The notes under the pieces: model-generated | Database searches by the model: none | Told to the model about the DNA's origin: nothing | Seen by the model: the letters and a program-made list of their open reading frames with translations, nothing else | Shown here: positions 57,915 through 64,000 of the stretch, one piece after another | Position numbering within the stretch: the first letter of the stretch is position 1 | How the letters are laid out: each line of letters opens with the position of its first letter | Assembly: GCA_030390025.1 (NCBI GenBank) | Contig: CM059431.1 | Span: forward strand, 156,986,001 to 157,050,000 | Reading direction: 5' to 3' | DNA length: 64,000 bases | Source: Squalus acanthias | Lineage: Eukaryota | Made by a program: the position numbers and the translations under genes

Positions 57915-60900
57915 AGCCGATCCTCACTGGGTTACACACTGCCTGATCTCAGTGGGCCATCTTCCCCGGGTTACACACTGACTGATTTAATTAGGCCCAT
58001 TCTTCCCTGGTTACAGACTGTCTCATCTCACTGGTTCCATCGTCCCGGGTTACACACTGTCTGATCTCAATGAACTCATCCTCTGCGGTTACACGCTGTA
58101 TGATATCTTTGGTCCAACCTTCCGAGATACACACTGTCTGATCTCACTGGTCCCATCCTCCCCGGGTTACGCACTTTCTGAATTCACTGAAAAATTATCC
58201 CCGGGTTTAACACTTTCTGATCTCCCTGGGCTTATCCTACCCGGGTTATACACAGTCTGAACTCACTGGTGCCAAGTTTCCCCGTTTGAAAACAGCCTGA
58301 TCTAACTGGCACATCCTGCCCGGGTTACACACTACCTGATCTCACTGGGCTCATTCTCCGGGGTTATACATTGTCTGACCACACTGAGTTCAACCTCTAC
58401 GGATTACCAACTTTCTGATCTCACTTGGCCCATCCTCCACAGTTTACACACTGTCTGATCTCACGGGGCCCATCCACTCTGGTTACACGCTTTCTGATCT
58501 CACTGGGTCCCTCTTCCTCGGGTTACACCCTGTCTGATCTCACTGGGTCCATCCTTCCCGGGGTTACACACTGTCTGATCTCACTGGACCCATTCTCCCC
58601 AGGTTACATACTGTCCAATGTCACTGGGTCCATCCTACCCGGGTTACACACTTTCTGATTTCATTGTACACATCCTCGCCGGTTGATAGTCTGTCCGATC
58701 TCACTGAGCCCCTCCTCCCAGGGTTACAAGCTGATTGTTCTCTTTGGGCCCATCCTCCCGGGGTTACGCACTGTCTGTACTCACTGGTTCCATCCTCTCC
58801 GGGTAACAGACTGTCTGATATCACGAGGCCCATCCTCCCCGGGTTATACACTGTTTGATCTCACTGGGACCATCCTTCCGAGATTCACACTGTATTATTC
58901 ATTGGGCCCCTCCTTCCCGGTCTACAAACTGTCTGCTCTCACTAGACTCATCCTCTACGGGTTAAACACTGTCTTTTCTCACTGGGCCCATCCTCCCCGG
59001 ATTACACACTTTCTGATCTCACTGGGCCCATCCTCTCTTGTTACACGCTTTCTGATCTCACTGGGTCCATCCTCCCCGGGTTGCACATTTTCTGATCTCA
59101 CTGGGTCCACCCTCCCCGGGTTACACACTTTCTGATCTCACTGGCCCCATTCTCCCCAGGTTACATACTGTCCAATCTCTCTGGGTCCATCCTACACGGG
59201 TTACACACTTTCTGATTTAATTTTACCGATCGTCGCCGGGTGATAGTCTGTCCAATCTCACGGAGCCCATCCTCCACTTTGCTATACAAAGTTTGGCCTC
59301 ATTCACCCCATCCTCCCCGGATTACAACATGTCTGATCTCACTGGGCCCATTCTCCCAGCTTTGCAAACTCATTGTTCTGTTTGGGCCCATCCTCCCTTG
59401 GTTACGCACTGTCTAATCTCACTGGTTCCATCCTCCCCGGATTACAAACTTTCTGATCTCACTGGGCCCATGCTCCCCTGGCTGTACACTGTCTGGTCTC
59501 ACTGGGCCCGTCCACCCTGGATTACACACTGTCTGATTTCATTGTACCCATCCTCGCCGGGCTGTACACTGTCTGGTCTCACTGGGCCCATCCACGCCGG
59601 GTTACACACTGTCTTATCTCACTGAATCCATTCTCCCAGGGTTACAAAATGATTGTTTTCGTTGGACACATCCTCCCGGGGTTAGGCACTGTCTGATCTC
59701 ACTGGTTCCATCCTATCCGGGTAACATACTGTCTGATATCACTGGGCCCATCCTCCCCGGGTTACACACTGTCTGATCTCACTGGGACCATCCTTCCGGG
59801 ATTCACACTGTATTATTCACTGGGCCCCTCCTTCCCGGTCTACAAATTGTCTGCTCTCATTAGACTCATCCTCTACGGGTTACACACTGTCCTTTCTCAC
59901 TGGGCCCATCCTCCCCTGATTACACACTTTCTGATTTCAATGGGCGCATCCGAACCTGGCTATACACTGTCTGCTCTCACTTTGCCCATCCTCCCCTGGC
60001 TATACACTGTCTGCTCTCACTTTGCCCATCCTCCACGGGTTACACACTGTCTAATCTTACTGGGCCCATCGTCCCCGGGTTACACACTGTCTGATCTCAC
60101 TAGACCCACCAGCTCCGGATTTGCACACTGTCTGATCACACTGGGTCCATCATCCACGGATTACACATAGTCTGATCTCAGTGGGCCCCTCCTTCCCGGG
60201 TTAAACATTCTGCTCTCTCTGGACCCATCCTGTACGGGTTACACACTATCTGTTTTCATTGGCCCATCCTACCCCGGTTGCAAGCTGTCAGATCTCACTG
60301 GCTCCAACCTGCCCTGGTTACACAATGTCTGATCTCACTAGACACATACTTCCCGGTATATTCACTGACTGATTTCACTGGGCACATCCTCCCTTTGTTA
60401 CAACTTGTCAGATCTCACTTTTCCCATCCTCCCCGGGTTAGACAACGCCTGATCTCACTGGAACCACTCTCCTCGGGTTACACGCTGTCTGATCTCACTG
60501 GGCACATACTCCCAGGGTTACACACCGTCTGCTCTCACTGGGTCCATCCTCCGCGGGTTACACAATGTCTGATCCCACTGGGGTCAATATCTCTTTGTTA
60601 CACATTATCTGTTATCACTGGCCCATCCTCCCCGTTTTACACACTGTCTCATCAACTGTGCCCATCCTCCAGGGATCCACACTGTATTATCTCACTGGGC
60701 CTCTCCTCCCCGGGCTACACACTGTCTGCTCTCACTAGACTCATCCACTACGGGTTTCTCACTGTCTGCTCTCACTGCGCTCCTTCTCCCCGGATTACAA
60801 ACTGTCTGATTTCACTGTACTCATCCTCCCTGGGTTAAAGACTGTCTAATCTCACTGGTCCCATCCTCAACTTTCTAATACACTGTTTTGTATCATTCGC

Positions 60901-63900
60901 CCTATCCTCCCCGGTTTACACACTGTCTGATCTCAATGTGCCCATCCTCTGCGGTTTATACACTGTCTGCTCTCACTGGACCATTCTCATCGGGATACAA
61001 ACTGTTTGATCTCACTGGACCCAGCCGCTACGGGTTATACACTGTCTGATCTCACTGGGCCCATCCTCCCGGGTTACACACTATATTATCTCCCTGGGCC
61101 TCTTCTCCCCGGGCTACACACTGTCTGCTCTCACTAGACTCATCCTCTACGGGTTTCACACTGTCTGCACTCACTGTGCCCGTCCGCCCCGGAATACACA
61201 CTGTCTGATCTCACTGGGCACATCCTCCCGTTGTTACACACTGTCAGATCTCCCTGGGAACATCATCCCCGGGTTGCACACTGTCTGATTTCACTGTACC
61301 CATCCTCCCCGAGTTAAATACCGTCTGATTTCACTGGGCCCATCCTCCCCGGGTTACACACTGATCACACTGGGACAATTCTCCCAGTGTTACACACTGT
61401 CTGAGCTCACTGGCCCCATCCTCCTCGGGTTACACTTTATGCGATCTCAGTGGACAATTCTTCACCGTTGCTCCCCGTGTTACAGAATGACTGATCTCAG
61501 TGGGCGCATCCTCCTCGGATTACACACCGTCAGCTCTCAGTGGGCCCATCCTCCCCGGGTTATATAATGTCTGATCTCACAGTGCCCATCGTCACCGGGT
61601 TACACACTGTCAGATTTCAATGGGCCAGTCGTCCCTTTGTTAAATATTGTCTGATTTCACTTGGCCTATGCTCCCTGGGTTACACACTGTCTCATCTCAC
61701 TGGGCCCATTGTCCCTTTGTTAAACATTGTCTGATTTCACTTGGCCTATGCTCCCTGGGTTACACACTGTCTCATCTCACTGGGCCCATTGTCCCTTTGT
61801 TAAACATTGTCTGATTTCACTTGGCCTATGCTCCCTGGGTTACACACTGTCTCATCTCACTGGGCCCATTGTCCCTTATTTAAACATTGTCTGATCACGC
61901 TGAGCAGAGCATCCATGGTTTACACACTGTCTGGTCTCATTTTGCCCATCTTCCATTTGTTGCACATTACTGATCTCACTGGTCCCAGCCTCCGGAATTA
62001 CACACATTCTGATCTCAATGGATTCATCCTCACCGGATTACACACTGTTTGTTCCAACTGGGTCCATCCTTTCCCGGGTTACACACTGTCTGATCTCACT
62101 GTGCCCATCCTCCCGGGATACACACTGTCTGATCTCACTGGGCCCATCCTCTCCGGCTTTCACACTGTCTGATCTCACTGGGCCCATCCTCCCCGGGTTA
62201 TACATTTTATGATCTCAATTGGCCCACCCTCCCCAGGTTACACGCTGTCCGATCTCACTGTGCCAATGTTTTTCTTTTTTACACATTGCCTGATCTCTCT
62301 GGTATCATCCTCCCCGGGTTACACACTGTCTGATCTCACTGGGACCATCCTTCCGGGATTCACACTGTATTATTCACTGTGCCCCTCCTCCCCGGTCTAC
62401 AAATTGCCTGCTCTCACTAGACTCATCCATTACGGGTTACAAACTGTCCTTTCTCACTTGGCCCATCTTCCCCTGATTACACACTTTATGATCTCAATGG
62501 GCCCATCCACCCCTGGCTATACACTGTCTGCTCTCACTGGGCCCATCCTCCACGGGTTACACAATGTCTAATCTGACTGTGCCCATCCTCCCCGGGTTGC
62601 ACACTGTCTGATCTCAATGGGCCCACCCTCCCCAGGTTACACGCTGTCCGAACTTACTGTGCCAATTTTTCCATTTTTACACATTGCCTGATCTCTCTGG
62701 CATCATCCTCCCTGGGTTACGCACTTTCTGATTTCACTGGGCCTATCCTCCCCGTGTTACACACAGTCTGAAGTCACTGGTGCCAACCTCCCCCGGTTGA
62801 ATACAGCCTGATCTGACTGACTCCTCCTCCCGAGGTGCACACTGCCTGATCCCACTGGGCTCAACCTCCGGGGTTACGCACTGTCTGATCACACTGGTTC
62901 CAACCTCTACCGATTACAAACTGTCTGATCTCACTTAGCCCATCCTCCCCGGGTTACACAATGACTGAGCTCATTGGACCCAGCCGCCCCGGGTTACACA
63001 CTGTCTGATCTCACTGGGCCCATTCTCCCGAGGTTACATACTGTCCAATCTCACTGGGTCCATCTCCCCGGGTTACACACTTTCTGATTTCATTGTACCC
63101 ATCCTCGCCGGTTTATAGTCTTTCCGATCTCACTGAGCCCATCCTCCACTTTGTTATACATTGTGTGCTCTTATTCACACCATCCTCCCCGGGTTACAGA
63201 CTGTCTGATTTCACTGTGCCCATTCTCCCAGGGTTACAAACTAATTGTTCTCCTTGTTACCATCCTCCAGGAATTACGCACTGTCTGATCTCACCAGGTC
63301 CATCCACTCTGGTAACATACTGTCTGATCTCAGTCGGACGATCCTTCCGGGATTCACACTGTATTATCCCACTGGGCCCCACCACCCCGGTCTACACACT
63401 GCTTGCTCTCACTAAACTCATCCTCTATGGGTTGCACACTGCCTTTTCCCACTGGGCCGATCCGCGAAGGATTAGACACTTTCTGATCTCACTGGGCCCA
63501 TCCTCCCCTGGCTGTACACTGTCTGCTCTCACTGGGCCCATCCACACCGGGTTACACATTGTCTGATCTCACTGGGCCCATTCTCCACGGGTTACACAAT
63601 GTCTAATCTCACTGGGCCCATCATCCACGGTTACACACTGTCTGACCTCACTAGACACACCAGCTCCGGGTTACACACTGTCTGATCTCACTAGACCCAC
63701 CATCTACGGGTTGCACGCTATCTGTTCTCACTTGGCCCAACCTCCCGGTTTACAAACTATCTGTTCTCACTAGATCCATCTTCCCAGGGTTACACACATT
63801 CTGATCTCAGTGGGCCCCTCCTTCCCCGTTTACACCCTCTCTGCTCTCACAGGACCCATCCTCCACGGGTTACACACTGTCTGTTCTCATTGGGCCCATC

Positions 63901-64000
63901 CTCCACGGGTTACAAGCTGTCAGATCTCACTGGCTCCTACCTGCCTGGTTACACAATGTCTTATCTCACTGGACACATCCTCCCCGGATTATACACTGAC
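57915..64000 (+). repeat. Satellite, 40-bp unit CTCACTGGGCCCATCCTCCCCGGGTTACACACTGTCTGAT, with higher-order structure; runs off the window
   Basis: More than 6 kb of directly visible tandem units. Confidence 0.95.

Noticed and set aside
58425..63566. Many 60-186 aa Pro/Ser/His/Cys-rich ORFs
   Set aside because: Translations of the 40-bp satellite; no zinc-finger spacing or splice structure.

Overview
Repeat-dense eukaryotic DNA. The repeat families and the gene architecture point to a cartilaginous fish (shark-like); this is inferred from recognised families, not from a search. The only host gene I can support is a minus-strand NLR (N-terminal MG..S myristoylation-type exon, CARD-like exons, FISNA-NACHT exon, RI-type LRR exons; about 26.5-53.2 kb). 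It carries a nonsense codon just after Walker A and is probably a pseudogene, with an antisense GPR139-like GPCR fragment in one intron. The rest is mobile or tandem DNA: a decayed PIF/Harbinger transposon and two Harbinger-type MITEs; a 5.5-kb LTR element/ERV with a tRNA-Arg PBS, no recognisable pol, a remnant env, and a post-env reading frame that looks Rev/Rec-like (NES plus Arg-rich motif); three Penelope-like elements with minimal hammerhead ribozyme motifs; many CR1/L2 LINEs and SINEs, including a four-level nested insertion; and large G/C-skewed satellites (about 34, 29, 39 and 40 bp units), several sharing a core motif. No rRNA, true tRNA gene or CRISPR array was seen.
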